Source: an uncultured bacterium (GTDB lineage Bacteria > Zixibacteria > MSB-5A5 > UBA10806). Taken from it: a DNA stretch of 64,000 bases. Below are positions 20,296 to 31,117 of this stretch, piece by piece. The stretch lies in NCBI GenBank assembly GCA_965541585.1, contig CBEUCH010000010.1, forward strand, positions 61,103 through 125,102, in the 5' to 3' direction. Both the position numbers and the translations under genes were made by a program. Positions within the stretch are counted from its first letter, which is position 1; every line of letters starts with the position of its first letter. Under the pieces are notes generated by a model that did not search any database, had not been told where the DNA came from, and worked only from the letters and a program-made list of their open reading frames with translations.

Positions 20296-21126
20296 TTGTC
20301 TGCGACAGTCAACGGGATCGGCGAACGACCCTTGATTATGGGAATACTCAATGTGACGCCCGATTCTTTTTCTGAAAAAGGCAAGTTCTTCGATTCGCAG
20401 AAAGCAATCGACCATGCTGTTCTTATGGTCGAATCCGGCGCCGATATCATCGATATAGGCGGTGAATCAACCCGGCCCGGCTCGAGCGGCATAAGTGCCA
20501 GAGAGGAACTGAAAAGAGTAATTCCCATAATCGAAGAAATCGCCGATAAAGTGAAGATCCCGATTTCGATAGACACCGTTAAATCTGAAGTTGCCAGGCG
20601 TGCCCTTGACTCCGGTGCCAGTATCATAAATGACATCTCCGCTCTCAGAATCGACAAAAAAATGGGGAATGTAGCAGCCAAGTATGGTTCTTACCTTATC
20701 CTTATGCATATGCGGGGCACACCCAAAGACATGCAGAATAACACCGAATATGATGATATCATAGGCGAGATCTCTCGATTCCTCGATGATGCCGCGCAAA
20801 AAGCGATCAAGGCGGGCGTGTCGGAGGATAAAATAATAATCGATCCCGGGATCGGTTTCGGTAAATCCGTGGATGGTAATTTCGTTATAATGAAAAATCT
20901 GGATCGTTTTCTTAAGCTTGGTTATCGTCTGCTCGTTGGCGCTTCCAGAAAATCGTTCATCGGAAAGACACTCGATCTCGATGTTGACCAGCGGCTGGAG
21001 GGTTCCCTGGCCGCCGCCTGCTATGCAGTTCTAAACGGCGCGGATATAATCAGAGTACACGATGTTGCCGAGACAAAAAGGGCGGTAACCATTATGGAAA
21101 AAATCGCTACCGCACAGATGGCATGA
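20296..21126 (+). CDS. folP: Dihydropteroate synthase
   Basis: MGILNVTPDSFS, DIGGESTRPG, IDPGIGFGK, SRKSFIG, IRVHDV. Confidence 0.97.
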   Translation: MSATVNGIGERPLIMGILNVTPDSFSEKGKFFDSQKAIDHAVLMVESGADIIDIGGESTRPGSSGISAREELKRVIPIIEEIADKVKIPISIDTVKSEVARRALDSGASIINDISALRIDKKMGNVAAKYGSYLILMHMRGTPKDMQNNTEYDDIIGEISRFLDDAAQKAIKAGVSEDKIIIDPGIGFGKSVDGNFVIMKNLDRFLKLGYRLLVGASRKSFIGKTLDLDVDQRLEGSLAAACYAVLNGADIIRVHDVAETKRAVTIMEKIATAQMA

Positions 21127-21887
21127 TTTTATTGAGAATCGGCTTTCTGAATTTTACCCTTATCGATCTCATCGATATCGTAATCGTGTCGTTTTTCTTT
21201 TACCGGGCCCTCTTGTTTCTCAAGGAAGCCAGGTCGATTCAATTAATCGTCGGGCTGTTCATGGTGCTGGCCGTAAGCTTCCTGGCGTTCTGGTTCGAAC
21301 TCGACATGGTCAAGTGGCTTTTTTCGAATATCCTGATAGCCGGTGTAATAATCCTGGCGGTAATATTTCAACCGGAGTTGAGGCGGGCGCTTACCAGGCT
21401 TGGACAAAGCCGTCTGGTTCGTTTGATCATCAATCCTGAGTTGAAGGGTAAAACGGATGCAATTGTCGCCGCCACACAGAAGCTCGCAGAAATGCATTAC
21501 GGGGCATTGGTAGTCCTTGAGCGAAACGTCAAACTGAAAAACATAATAGAATCCGGTAAACCGTTAAACTCCGACATCTCAAGCGAACTTCTGCAGTCGA
21601 TTTTCACTCCCTATACACCTCTGCATGACGGCGCTGTAGTCGTAAGGGGAAATCAGCTCATGGCCGCCAATTGCACTTTGCCCTTATCGCAGAATCCCGC
21701 ATATCATCGTCTTCATGGTATGCGCCACAAGGCCGGAGTCGGGGCCACAGAGGATTCCGATGCAGTCGTTGTTATCGTCTCCGAGGAGACCGGCCAGATA
21801 TCGTACGCGCACGATGGTCGCCTATACAGAGATATTGATCCGCATGAATTAGAGGATATCCTCTCGAAGTTTTTCGATAAGGGATAA
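21123..21887 (+). CDS. cdaA: Diadenylate cyclase CdaA/DacA
   Basis: Three N-terminal TMs, FQPELRRAL, PLHDGAVV, GMRHKA, VSEETG. Confidence 0.93.
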   Translation: MILLRIGFLNFTLIDLIDIVIVSFFFYRALLFLKEARSIQLIVGLFMVLAVSFLAFWFELDMVKWLFSNILIAGVIILAVIFQPELRRALTRLGQSRLVRLIINPELKGKTDAIVAATQKLAEMHYGALVVLERNVKLKNIIESGKPLNSDISSELLQSIFTPYTPLHDGAVVVRGNQLMAANCTLPLSQNPAYHRLHGMRHKAGVGATEDSDAVVVIVSEETGQISYAHDGRLYRDIDPHELEDILSKFFDKG

Positions 21888-21894
21888 CACCAGC

Positions 21895-22875
21895 TTGTTC
21901 GTTGACTGTGCCGAAATAGAACTGGCCGCCGGCGACGGCGGCAGGGGAGCCGTTAGTTTCCATCGAGAAAAATACGTACCCAGAGGAGGTCCGGATGGCG
22001 GCAATGGGGGAAAGGGAGGCGATATTTATGGCCGCGCTAACACCAATCTCTCCACGCTTCTGGATTTCCGATACAAAAAGAAATATCAAGCGCCTAATGG
22101 ACAGTCCGGAGGCAAGAACAATCGCACCGGTGAGAGCGGTCAACCACTGTATATCGATCTTCCCGTAGGGACTGTGGTTACCGACCTCGAAACAGGTAAG
22201 ATCAAAGCTGATTTGAATGAAAACGGCAAGGTGGTCCTTCTCGTAAAGGGGGGCAAGGGCGGCCGGGGTAACGATAGCTTCAAATCGTCTACCAACCGGA
22301 CTCCGAGATATGCAGAAGATGGAAAGCCCGGAGAGCGTTTGAAAGTATCATTGGAATTGAAAAGCATTGCCGATGTAGGTCTGGTCGGATTGCCGAATGT
22401 CGGTAAGTCAACCCTCCTGTCGCGACTTTCTGCGGCCCGACCCCGAATAGCCGATTATCCGTTCACGACGAAAGTGCCTAACCTGGGGATCGTGCCGTTG
22501 CCGGGATACAGAAGTTTCGTCATGGCCGATATACCGGGTTTGATAGAGGGAGCCCATGCCGGCAAAGGGATGGGTATCCAGTTTTTACGTCATATTCAGA
22601 GGACGAGAATCTTAGTCTACCTGCTGGATATCTCATCGGATAATCCGGCAGGTGATCTGAAAACATTGCGGGCGGAAATGTCATCATTTGATCCAGGCCT
22701 TATCAAGAAGTCATCCGCCGTGGCCTTCAATAAGATCGACCTTGTAGGCGAGCGACCTCTGAGAAAGGATGAATATCAGATCGAGGACGATGAGGTATTC
22801 TTTATCTCCGCTGCCACGGGGGAAAATGTTGACGATCTGTTGAATTATCTCGGTGAGAAGATTTTAGAAAAATGA
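21895..22875 (+). CDS. obgE: GTPase ObgE
   Basis: Gly-rich Obg fold, GLPNVGKST, YPFTT, DIPG, NKID. Confidence 0.97.
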   Translation: MFVDCAEIELAAGDGGRGAVSFHREKYVPRGGPDGGNGGKGGDIYGRANTNLSTLLDFRYKKKYQAPNGQSGGKNNRTGESGQPLYIDLPVGTVVTDLETGKIKADLNENGKVVLLVKGGKGGRGNDSFKSSTNRTPRYAEDGKPGERLKVSLELKSIADVGLVGLPNVGKSTLLSRLSAARPRIADYPFTTKVPNLGIVPLPGYRSFVMADIPGLIEGAHAGKGMGIQFLRHIQRTRILVYLLDISSDNPAGDLKTLRAEMSSFDPGLIKKSSAVAFNKIDLVGERPLRKDEYQIEDDEVFFISAATGENVDDLLNYLGEKILEK

Positions 22876-23963
22876 TGGACGAAAAAATTGCGATCTGGGC
22901 TCTGGCCGGATTAGATGGTCTGGGGCCGACGGGTATTAAAAGAATTATAGAGCATTTCGGATCGGCTGCCAGGGTTTTCGATGCCGGCAGGGATCAACTC
23001 ATTGCTTCGAAACTTCTCACGAAATCCATGGTTGGACAGTTAAGTAAAAAGAAAGGGGATTTGGAAACCATAGGGGATCTACTGGAGAAATCAACGCCAT
23101 CCGGTGCCCGATTTGTCTCGGTATCGGAACCGGAATATCCTGAGAAGTTGAAGAATATCAGCGACCCTCCACCATTTCTATATTTCAAGGGCAGCCTCGA
23201 TATTTTTGATGGGCCTTCGCTGGCGATTGTCGGTTCGCGTCGTCCTACGGATTACGGTCGCAGAATGGCATCCAGGCTTGCAGGTGAGTTGGCATCAACG
23301 GGAGTGTTGATCGTATCCGGCCTGGCGTTCGGGATCGACGCCATTGCTCATCAAGCGGCGCTCGAGGCGGGAGCCAAGACCGCCGCAGTCTTCGGCTGTG
23401 GTCTGGATTATATTTACCCTCCTGCACACTCTACTCTGGCTTCGAGGATAATCGAATCAGGCTGTCTGCTCTCTGAGTTTCCGAAAGGTACGCGGCCGGA
23501 GCGCTTTAATTTTCCGGTGCGGAACAGGATCATATCCGGCCTGACCGATGGTGTTCTGGTGGTGGAGGCGGCGGAGAGGTCGGGCGCCCTCGTCACGGCT
23601 AATCTGGCCCTGGAGCAAGGCCGGGAGGTGATGGCGATTCCGGGTAGCATCGAGAGTAAATCCAGTTTCGGGCCCAACGATCTTATAAAGCAAGGCGCCG
23701 TGCCTATAACCTCGATAGAGGATATAATGGCAAATTTCGGATGGCATAAATCGGAGGTTCTCTCAAGACCCGATCGCGACTTATCGGTTCTCAATACAAA
23801 TGAGCGGGCGATATTTAGCCATATTTCTGTTCAACCTGTTCATGTAGACGAACTTGGCAGGAAATCGGGTCTAAGCCCGCCCAGAATGTCCGAACTTCTC
23901 TTGAATTTGGAGATTAAAGGTTTTATCATGCGGAAACCCGGGAATTACGTGATAAAAGCCTGA
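22872..23963 (+). CDS. dprA: DNA-processing protein DprA
   Basis: AIVGSR, SGLAFGID, FPVRNRIISGL, VEAAERSGALVTA. Confidence 0.96.
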   Translation: MMDEKIAIWALAGLDGLGPTGIKRIIEHFGSAARVFDAGRDQLIASKLLTKSMVGQLSKKKGDLETIGDLLEKSTPSGARFVSVSEPEYPEKLKNISDPPPFLYFKGSLDIFDGPSLAIVGSRRPTDYGRRMASRLAGELASTGVLIVSGLAFGIDAIAHQAALEAGAKTAAVFGCGLDYIYPPAHSTLASRIIESGCLLSEFPKGTRPERFNFPVRNRIISGLTDGVLVVEAAERSGALVTANLALEQGREVMAIPGSIESKSSFGPNDLIKQGAVPITSIEDIMANFGWHKSEVLSRPDRDLSVLNTNERAIFSHISVQPVHVDELGRKSGLSPPRMSELLLNLEIKGFIMRKPGNYVIKA

Positions 23964-24229
23964 TGGTCGAACTTGAGATAACAATATTGAATAAGCTGGG
24001 ATTACATGCGCGACCGGCTGCACAACTCGTTCAAAGAGCATCAGGTTTTAAATCCGAGATCAAGTTGAAGAGGCACAATCTTGAGGTTAATGCGAAGAGT
24101 ATAATGGGTGTGATGATGCTGGCGGCGGAGCTGGGATCGAAGATAACGATCATAGCGGAAGGCCCGGATGAGAAGGAAGCTGCAGAAGCCGTAGCGCAGG
24201 TAATTCAATCTAAATTCGGTGAGGAATAG
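23963..24229 (+). CDS. ptsH: Phosphocarrier protein HPr
   Basis: GLHARPAA (His15) and NAKSIMGVM (Ser46). Confidence 0.96.
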   Translation: MVELEITILNKLGLHARPAAQLVQRASGFKSEIKLKRHNLEVNAKSIMGVMMLAAELGSKITIIAEGPDEKEAAEAVAQVIQSKFGEE

Positions 24230-24232
24230 AAC

Positions 24233-26017
24233 TTGGCGGCTGGTGGAGAAGTAATATATCGAGCGGTTCCGGCGTCGCCCGGGATAATCATAGGTTCGAC
24301 GAGATCTCTTTCCAGAGACCTTGAGAACGTCTCTGCGGATAAGATAGCCGATCCCGAGATCGAGAAGGAGACTTTTCGAAATGCCATCTCTCAGGTCAAA
24401 AAGAGACTGGAGAAGACGGCGGCTAAGGTTTTCCAGAGGCTCGGTCCGGAGTATGCCAGAATCTTCGAGGCGCAGGTGATGATCGCCGGGGATGAGGTCT
24501 GGAACAAGAATGTCGAGAAACGAATTGAGAAAGAGAAAATCTGCGCGGAATATATATATCATAACGAATCGAAAAAGGTGATCAGACAACTGGGTAATTC
24601 CAATGACGCCTATCTGAGGGAGAGGATCCAGGATATAGAAGCTGTCACGGGCCGGTTGGTAGGCAGGATGAGAGGCGAGAAACGGGTAATCCTGAAGGAT
24701 TTCAGGGGAGCGACGGTTCTTGTCGCCAGATATCTTACGCCCGGCGACATACTGGCATTATCAGTCAGGCGCAATCTGGGCTTTGCCACCGGCATAGGCG
24801 GGCCGACATCGCATACGGCGCTGATCGCAAAATCTCTCTCCGTGCCGGCGGTAGTGGGATTGGGGCGAATCGCCGAAGAAATCTCATCGGGACAAAAAGT
24901 AATTATAGATGGTTATAAGGGGCTGTTCATTGTAAATCCTTCGGGAAGCACAATCAAAAAATATCGTCGGCTTAAGGAATCCGAGAGTCAACTCAAGCGT
25001 CAGCTGGCTCAGCTAAAAGACAAAGCCGCAATAACCAAAGACGGTTTCAAGGTCGATATTCTGGCCAATATCGAGCTTCCGAACGAGGTCCCCAAGGTTA
25101 TATCTGCCGGGGCGTCGGGTATCGGTCTCTACCGCACCGAGTATCTGTTTTTAACCCGGACGGAATTCCCTACCTTTGATGAACAATACAGGACTTATTC
25201 CTCGATACTCAGGAGGATGGGGAAGAAGCCCGTTGTCATCAGAACCTTTGATCTCGGGGGTGATAAATTCCCGGGAGCTACGGGGAAATCGTATGAACTA
25301 AATCCTTTTCTGGGGTGGCGGGCCATCAGGGTGTGCCTGGATCGTCCCGATATCTTCAAGATTCAACTTAAGGCTCTGTTGAAGGCATCGCGATGGGGCA
25401 ACCTTTCAATTATGATACCCATGATCTCGAACTATGAGGAACTGGTAGCCACCAAAGAAATAATCGAAGAGTGTAAGCAGGAGCTTCGAAGCAAGCGAGT
25501 GAAGTTTAGTGAGAATATTCCCCTGGGGGTGATGCTGGAGGTACCATCGGCCGTGATGATAGCGGAGTACCTGGCAGACGAAGTCGATTTCTTCTCCATT
25601 GGCACGAACGACTTAATCCAGTATACTATGGCGGTGGATCGCGGTAACGAGCTTCTCTCAAAACTTTATCAGACCTTCCACCCATCGATATTGTCCCTGA
25701 TCAAATCCGCAGTCTCCGCCGCTCACGGACGTCGATTGAAGGTGAGCGTTTGCGGCGAGATGGCCGCCGACCCCATGGGCGCAGTTCTTCTGGCAGGTCT
25801 GGGAGTTGACGAGCTATCCGTGAGTTTTCAGTCGGTGGGGATCATAAAGAAGATAATCAAATCTATCAGTTATACCGGCGCCCGGCAGATTGCCGAGAAT
25901 GCGCTGAAGATGAGAAGTCAGCCGGAGATCGAGGACTATGTCAAAAGCGAGTTTGAGCTGCAATTCCCCGGGCTCAAACCCGTTTTCCAGTTTACAGGGC
26001 GGAACTCCGATGGATGA
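24233..26017 (+). CDS. ptsI: PEP-protein phosphotransferase (PTS enzyme I)
   Basis: GGPTSHTAL, GIGLYRTE, RTFDLGGDK, FSIGTNDLIQY, CGEMA. Confidence 0.96.
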   Translation: MAAGGEVIYRAVPASPGIIIGSTRSLSRDLENVSADKIADPEIEKETFRNAISQVKKRLEKTAAKVFQRLGPEYARIFEAQVMIAGDEVWNKNVEKRIEKEKICAEYIYHNESKKVIRQLGNSNDAYLRERIQDIEAVTGRLVGRMRGEKRVILKDFRGATVLVARYLTPGDILALSVRRNLGFATGIGGPTSHTALIAKSLSVPAVVGLGRIAEEISSGQKVIIDGYKGLFIVNPSGSTIKKYRRLKESESQLKRQLAQLKDKAAITKDGFKVDILANIELPNEVPKVISAGASGIGLYRTEYLFLTRTEFPTFDEQYRTYSSILRRMGKKPVVIRTFDLGGDKFPGATGKSYELNPFLGWRAIRVCLDRPDIFKIQLKALLKASRWGNLSIMIPMISNYEELVATKEIIEECKQELRSKRVKFSENIPLGVMLEVPSAVMIAEYLADEVDFFSIGTNDLIQYTMAVDRGNELLSKLYQTFHPSILSLIKSAVSAAHGRRLKVSVCGEMAADPMGAVLLAGLGVDELSVSFQSVGIIKKIIKSISYTGARQIAENALKMRSQPEIEDYVKSEFELQFPGLKPVFQFTGRNSDG

Positions 26018-27068
26018 AATTGCAGATTTGAAAAAACGCCTCGATACTCAAAATATGTTCGGCCACATAAACAGCATGGCGGATCACCTGGAGGAAGGAA
26101 TATCAATCGGGCAGAATGTGGATATGCGGAATATCGAGTCTGAGACTTTTAATGCCCTGGTTCTTTCGGGGATGGGGGGTTCGGCCATTGCGGGTGATAT
26201 AGCGCGAAGCTATTTATCCGACAAGATTCAGATTCCATTTCTTGTACAACGTCATTATCGCCTACCGGAATTCGTAGGTAGAAAAACCCTGGTTATCTGC
26301 TCTTCCTATTCGGGCAACACCGAGGAGATTTTATCGGCTTATAACGACGCCGTATCGAAAGGGGCGAAGCTGATTGTCATGACTACGGGCGGTGAGCTCG
26401 GCGCAAAAGCCGGGACGGATAGAGTACCGGTAGTAAAGATCCCCGACGGTTTGCCACCTCGAGCGGCGTTAGGATATTCTTTCGCTCCGCTTTTAACGCT
26501 TATCTCCCGGCTGGGCCTGTGCGAATCTCCCGCACAGGAAATACGTCAGGCCGCTGCGGCTATGAGAGACCGTCTTAATCGTTATATGCCTGAGAGCAAG
26601 GGCAACACATCCCTGGCTCTGGCAAGAGAGATTCATGGTACGATTCCGGTGATCTATGCGGGTCAGGATCATCTGGATGCGGTAGCCTGGCGCTTCAAGG
26701 GACAAATAAGCGAGAATGCCGGCTGTCTTGCCTTTGTCAATGTTTTCCCGGAGTTCAATCACAATGAACTGGTTGGCTGGGATGAATTGTATGGCCTCGA
26801 TAAGAAACTCACCGTCATAATGCTACGGGATGACGGAGATCATCGCCGCATAAAGGCGCGCATGGATATTGTCTCGCAATACCTGGAGACCAGGGGAAAT
26901 AAGGTGGTCAATCCTCAGGTTGAAAACGGAGAAGGACTGGCCAGGATATTTCTCTGGATTCAATATGTTGATTTTGTGAGCTACTATCTGGCTTTGCTCA
27001 ACGGTCTGGACCCTACTCCAGTAAAGGCCATAGATTACCTGAAGGAAAAATTATCGGAGATAGATTGA
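26010..27068 (+). CDS. Bifunctional phosphoglucose/phosphomannose isomerase (SIS domains; probable ATG start at 26010)
   Basis: GMGGSAIAG, SYSGNTEE, PRAALGY, ENA, PEFNHNELVGW. Confidence 0.92.
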   Translation: MDEIADLKKRLDTQNMFGHINSMADHLEEGISIGQNVDMRNIESETFNALVLSGMGGSAIAGDIARSYLSDKIQIPFLVQRHYRLPEFVGRKTLVICSSYSGNTEEILSAYNDAVSKGAKLIVMTTGGELGAKAGTDRVPVVKIPDGLPPRAALGYSFAPLLTLISRLGLCESPAQEIRQAAAAMRDRLNRYMPESKGNTSLALAREIHGTIPVIYAGQDHLDAVAWRFKGQISENAGCLAFVNVFPEFNHNELVGWDELYGLDKKLTVIMLRDDGDHRRIKARMDIVSQYLETRGNKVVNPQVENGEGLARIFLWIQYVDFVSYYLALLNGLDPTPVKAIDYLKEKLSEID

Positions 27069-27075
27069 GGTTATC

Positions 27076-28047
27076 ATGAAAGCCATAATTCCAGCCGCCG
27101 GCATCGGAAGCCGGCTCAGGCCCCATACCCATACCGCGCCCAAGGCGCTTCTGCATGTAGCGGGAAAACCGATCTTAGGGCATATCCTCGACGAGCTTCT
27201 CGCTTTCGGCATTGATGAAATAGTAGTTGTGGTCGGGTTTCTGGGGGATAAGATAGTCGAGTATGTTAAGAAAAATTATGACATCCGCGCCAGCTTCATA
27301 ACTCAAAAAGAGCTGAATGGCCTGGGGTGGGCGATCTATATTACCAAGGAGCACATAGCCGAGGAGCCTATCCTCATAATTCTCGGCGATACCATATTCG
27401 AAACCGATTTAGGGGACGTGTTGGCTGGACAATTCGACTCCATCGGGACAAAGATTGTTGACGACCCCAGACGCTTCGGGATCGCGGAGACCGACGGTCA
27501 ATTCATAACCGCGTTGGTTGAGAAACCCGAAAAGCCCAAATCGAACCAGGCGTTGGTGGGGATATATTATATAAAATCGACCGACCTGTTTTCCCGATGT
27601 CTGGAGGAGATGGTAGCAAAAAAAATTACTACCCGCGGCGAATACCAGCTTACCGATGCATTGGGATTGATGATCAAGCACGGGTGCAATATAACCACCT
27701 TCAATGTCGATGGTTGGTTTGATTGCGGTAAACCTGACACTCTGTTGTCCACGAATAGATACCTTTTATCGCAGATAGAGTCTGTCGATAAACGTCCGGG
27801 CAGTATTCTCCTGCCGCCTGTATTCATCTCGCCGTCGGCGATTCTGGAGAATTCCGTGGTTGGCCCTAATGTCTCGGTTGGGGACGAGGCCAGAATCGTC
27901 CGGTCGATAGTCAAGGATTCGATTATATCAGAATGCGCCGAGGTGACCGATTGTCTCCTGGAGCAATCCCTCATAGGTAATAACTCCGTCATATCCGGAC
28001 AATTCAGGAGGGCCAATCTCGGTGATTCCTCTGAGATAAAGTATTAG
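27076..28047 (+). CDS. Sugar-phosphate nucleotidyltransferase
   Basis: IIPAAGIGSRLRPHT..PK, LGD, EKP, WFDCG; C-terminal hexapeptide-like repeats. Confidence 0.9.
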   Translation: MKAIIPAAGIGSRLRPHTHTAPKALLHVAGKPILGHILDELLAFGIDEIVVVVGFLGDKIVEYVKKNYDIRASFITQKELNGLGWAIYITKEHIAEEPILIILGDTIFETDLGDVLAGQFDSIGTKIVDDPRRFGIAETDGQFITALVEKPEKPKSNQALVGIYYIKSTDLFSRCLEEMVAKKITTRGEYQLTDALGLMIKHGCNITTFNVDGWFDCGKPDTLLSTNRYLLSQIESVDKRPGSILLPPVFISPSAILENSVVGPNVSVGDEARIVRSIVKDSIISECAEVTDCLLEQSLIGNNSVISGQFRRANLGDSSEIKY

Positions 28048-28194
28048 ATTTCATGCTTCCCCCCGGATATAGCGAAGCGTTCTCATAAATAGAATATAGC
28101 CCGCATTAAGCATGCAAATAGCTTGCAATATGAATCTGCTTTTAATAGATTGCCCGTCACCGCCAGGGTGCGGATGAGTATATTTGGAGGAGAA

Positions 28195-29358
28195 ATGAAT
28201 AAAGATAAATACCTGTTCACGTCGGAATCTGTTACTGAGGGGCATCCCGATAAGGTATGCGACCAGATATCCGATGCTGTTTTGGACGATGTGATAAGGC
28301 AGGACTCCGCAGGCAGAGTTGCCTGTGAAACCTTCATTACTGTCGGACTCGTAATAGTGGGCGGCGAGATAACCACGAATGCCTATGTGGATATCAACAA
28401 GCTAACGCGGGATGTTCTAAAGAATATAGGATATACGGAATCCAAGTATGGCTTCAATTATAAAACCTGCGCCGTCCTGAACGCCATAGGCCCCCAGTCT
28501 CCTGATATTGCCCAGGGTGTTGATGTCGGCGGGGCCGGGGATCAGGGTTTGATGATTGGCTATGCTGTCAATCATACTCCGGAGCTGATGCCGCTTCCGC
28601 TAAGCCTTGCGCATAAACTCTCCATGCGGCTGGCCGAGGTTCGAAAGAAAGGGATATTGCCCTATCTCGGCCCCGATGGTAAGACACAGGTGACGGTCGA
28701 ATTCGAGGAGGGCAAACCGGCTCGGATCGATACAGTGTTGATATCCTCTCAACATACCGAGGATATACTTGACGATACCAGAGACAGGATCGCGGGGAAT
28801 GCCGTTGATGAAATCATCAGCGAGGTTGCTCTTCAGGTGATCCCCGCAGAAATGCTGGATGACAAGACAAAGTATCTTGTAAATCCAACAGGCAAATTCG
28901 TAATCGGCGGTCCGCAGTCGGATACCGGCATGACCGGCCGAAAGATAATTGTCGATACCTACGGCGGATCGGCCTCGCATGGAGGAGGCGCGTTCTCCGG
29001 AAAAGACCCGACCAAGGTCGATAGATCGGCCACTTACATGGCGCGTTACATTGCCAAAAATATCGTGGCCGCCGGGCTTTGCGACGAGTGCACCGTCCAG
29101 CTCGCCTACGCCATCGGGGTGGCAGAGCCGATATCAATTATGGTTTTCACAAATGGTACCGGACTTGTGCCGAACGCCCGTCTAACTGAACTGGTGAAAA
29201 AACATTTCAATCTGACTCCCCGTGGCATAATAGAAAGCCTCAACCTGATGAATCCGATTTACCTGAGGACCGCCGCGTATGGTCATTTCGGGCGCGAAGT
29301 TCCCGAATTCACATGGGAAAAAACTGATAAGGCGGATATTCTCAAGAAAGATGCATAA
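28195..29358 (+). CDS. metK: Methionine adenosyltransferase (probable ATG start at 28195 after GGAGG)
   Basis: [35 protein letters not shown]. Confidence 0.98.
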   Translation: MNKDKYLFTSESVTEGHPDKVCDQISDAVLDDVIRQDSAGRVACETFITVGLVIVGGEITTNAYVDINKLTRDVLKNIGYTESKYGFNYKTCAVLNAIGPQSPDIAQGVDVGGAGDQGLMIGYAVNHTPELMPLPLSLAHKLSMRLAEVRKKGILPYLGPDGKTQVTVEFEEGKPARIDTVLISSQHTEDILDDTRDRIAGNAVDEIISEVALQVIPAEMLDDKTKYLVNPTGKFVIGGPQSDTGMTGRKIIVDTYGGSASHGGGAFSGKDPTKVDRSATYMARYIAKNIVAAGLCDECTVQLAYAIGVAEPISIMVFTNGTGLVPNARLTELVKKHFNLTPRGIIESLNLMNPIYLRTAAYGHFGREVPEFTWEKTDKADILKKDA

Positions 29359-29371
29359 CTGAGGTGCGATA

Positions 29372-30628
29372 ATGAACTACGATATCAAGAACATCAAACT
29401 CTCGTCGGGCGGTAAGAAGAAAATAGAATGGGCGGAGAAATTCATGCCCGTACTGAGATCCATAAAAAAGCGATTTGCCAGGGAAAAGCCTCTAAGAGGG
29501 GTGAGGATGGCCTGCTGTCTTCATGTTACAACTGAAACCGCTAATCTGATGATCACCCTTAAAGCCGGTGGCGCCGAGCCTTATCTGTGCGCCTCCAACC
29601 CGCTTTCCACCCAGGATGATGTAGCCGCATCTCTGGTCAAAGATTACAGGATACCGGTGTATGCCGTCCGGGCGGAATCAAACAGGGTCTACTACGATCA
29701 TATCAACGCCTGTCTGGATGCTCATCCGCAGTTCACCATGGATGACGGCGCCGACCTCGTCAGCATCCTTCATACCAAGAGAAAAAGACAGGCGAATGAA
29801 ATAACGGGCGGCTCCGAGGAGACGACCACGGGCGTGATCAGGTTGAAGGCCATGGAGAAAAAGGGGGTTTTGCTTTTTCCGGTACTGGCGGTGAACGATT
29901 CGAAGACCAAGCATCTTTTCGATAACCGCTATGGCACAGGCCAATCGACGGTGGACGGTATACTTCGTGCGACCAACGTTCTCCTGGCAGGCTCCACCGT
30001 GGTGGTGGCCGGTTACGGCTGGTGCGGGCGAGGATTCGCCAGGCGGGTCATGGGGATGGGGGCCAATATCATCGTCACCGAAATAGATCCGCTGAGAGCG
30101 TTGGAGGCGATCATGGACGGCTATCGGGTAATGCCGATATCTAAGGCTGCCAGGCTGGGAGATATATTCGTCACCTTGACCGGCGATATTAACGTTATCC
30201 GCGATGAGCATTTCAAGGCTATGAAAGACGGGGCAATCGTGGCCAATTCCGGACATTTCGATGTTGAGATCGCCTTGAAATCGCTCCGAAAGATGTCTAC
30301 AAAGAAACGCGAGATCCGTCCGGAGGTGATGGAATACACGCTCAAGGGAGGCAAGAGAATCCTGGTTCTGGCCGAGGGTCGCCTGGTGAACCTGGCCGCT
30401 GCCGAGGGGCATCCGGCATCGGTTATGGATATGAGTTTCGCAAACCAGTCCCTGGGCGCGGAATGGATGCTGAAGAACGGCTCCGGGCTGGGACGAAAGG
30501 TTTATGCAATACCCGAAAGAATCGATAAGGATATTGCCCGATTGAAGCTGGCGTCCCTGGGTATTTCGATTGACAGGTTGACAGCGGAGCAGAGGCAGTA
30601 TCTGACATCATGGGAACTCGGCACCTGA
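29372..30628 (+). CDS. ahcY: Adenosylhomocysteinase
   Basis: [43 protein letters not shown]. Confidence 0.97.
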   Translation: MNYDIKNIKLSSGGKKKIEWAEKFMPVLRSIKKRFAREKPLRGVRMACCLHVTTETANLMITLKAGGAEPYLCASNPLSTQDDVAASLVKDYRIPVYAVRAESNRVYYDHINACLDAHPQFTMDDGADLVSILHTKRKRQANEITGGSEETTTGVIRLKAMEKKGVLLFPVLAVNDSKTKHLFDNRYGTGQSTVDGILRATNVLLAGSTVVVAGYGWCGRGFARRVMGMGANIIVTEIDPLRALEAIMDGYRVMPISKAARLGDIFVTLTGDINVIRDEHFKAMKDGAIVANSGHFDVEIALKSLRKMSTKKREIRPEVMEYTLKGGKRILVLAEGRLVNLAAAEGHPASVMDMSFANQSLGAEWMLKNGSGLGRKVYAIPERIDKDIARLKLASLGISIDRLTAEQRQYLTSWELGT

Positions 30629-30764
30629 AGAAGGAAATCCCGGGCGGCGGATAGAGACAGGCTCATTGAAACACCTGCGCCAGAGGATTGCTTTTTATTC
30701 AATTTTACTTAGCGTCTGCCGAAATTAATAATAGATAACGGTCAATTATTATGAGGAGGTATTA

Positions 30765-30968
30765 ATGCCCACCGGAGTAGTCAAATGGTTCAATGACAAA
30801 AAGGGGTTTGGATTCATCAAGCCACCGGATGAAGGTAACGATATCTTCGTCCATTATTCGGCTATTAAGGACGATGGATTCAAGACTTTGATGGCAGGGC
30901 AGGCTGTTGAATACGATTTTACGGATGGCCCGCGAGGGCGGCAGGCCACGGAGGTCATAAAATTATAG
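30765..30968 (+). CDS. Cold-shock domain protein
   Basis: [15 protein letters not shown] and DIFVHYS (RNP1/RNP2); SD GAGGAGG. Confidence 0.96.
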   Translation: MPTGVVKWFNDKKGFGFIKPPDEGNDIFVHYSAIKDDGFKTLMAGQAVEYDFTDGPRGRQATEVIKL

Positions 30969-30992
30969 TCAAAACATTTAATCCGAAAATCT

Positions 30993-31022
30993 AAATCCCG
31001 GTTTTCGGCCGGGATTTTTTTT
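30993..31022 (+). terminator. Rho-independent terminator after the csp gene
   Basis: AAATCCCGG-loop-CCGGGATTT followed by a T run. Confidence 0.8.
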
Positions 31023-31117
31023 GACAGAAGTGTCCATTCGGGCTTCTGTTAAAACTCATCTGAAATATGCAGGCTTAATCTGAATAGTTCCTTTCGAGAA
31101 TCACGGATTATGATTGT

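Noticed and set aside
28048..28194. SAM or SAH riboswitch upstream of metK-ahcY
   Set aside because: No SAM-I core (ATCxAGAG...GAGGGA...GCAAC) or SAH consensus visible; only a small hairpin
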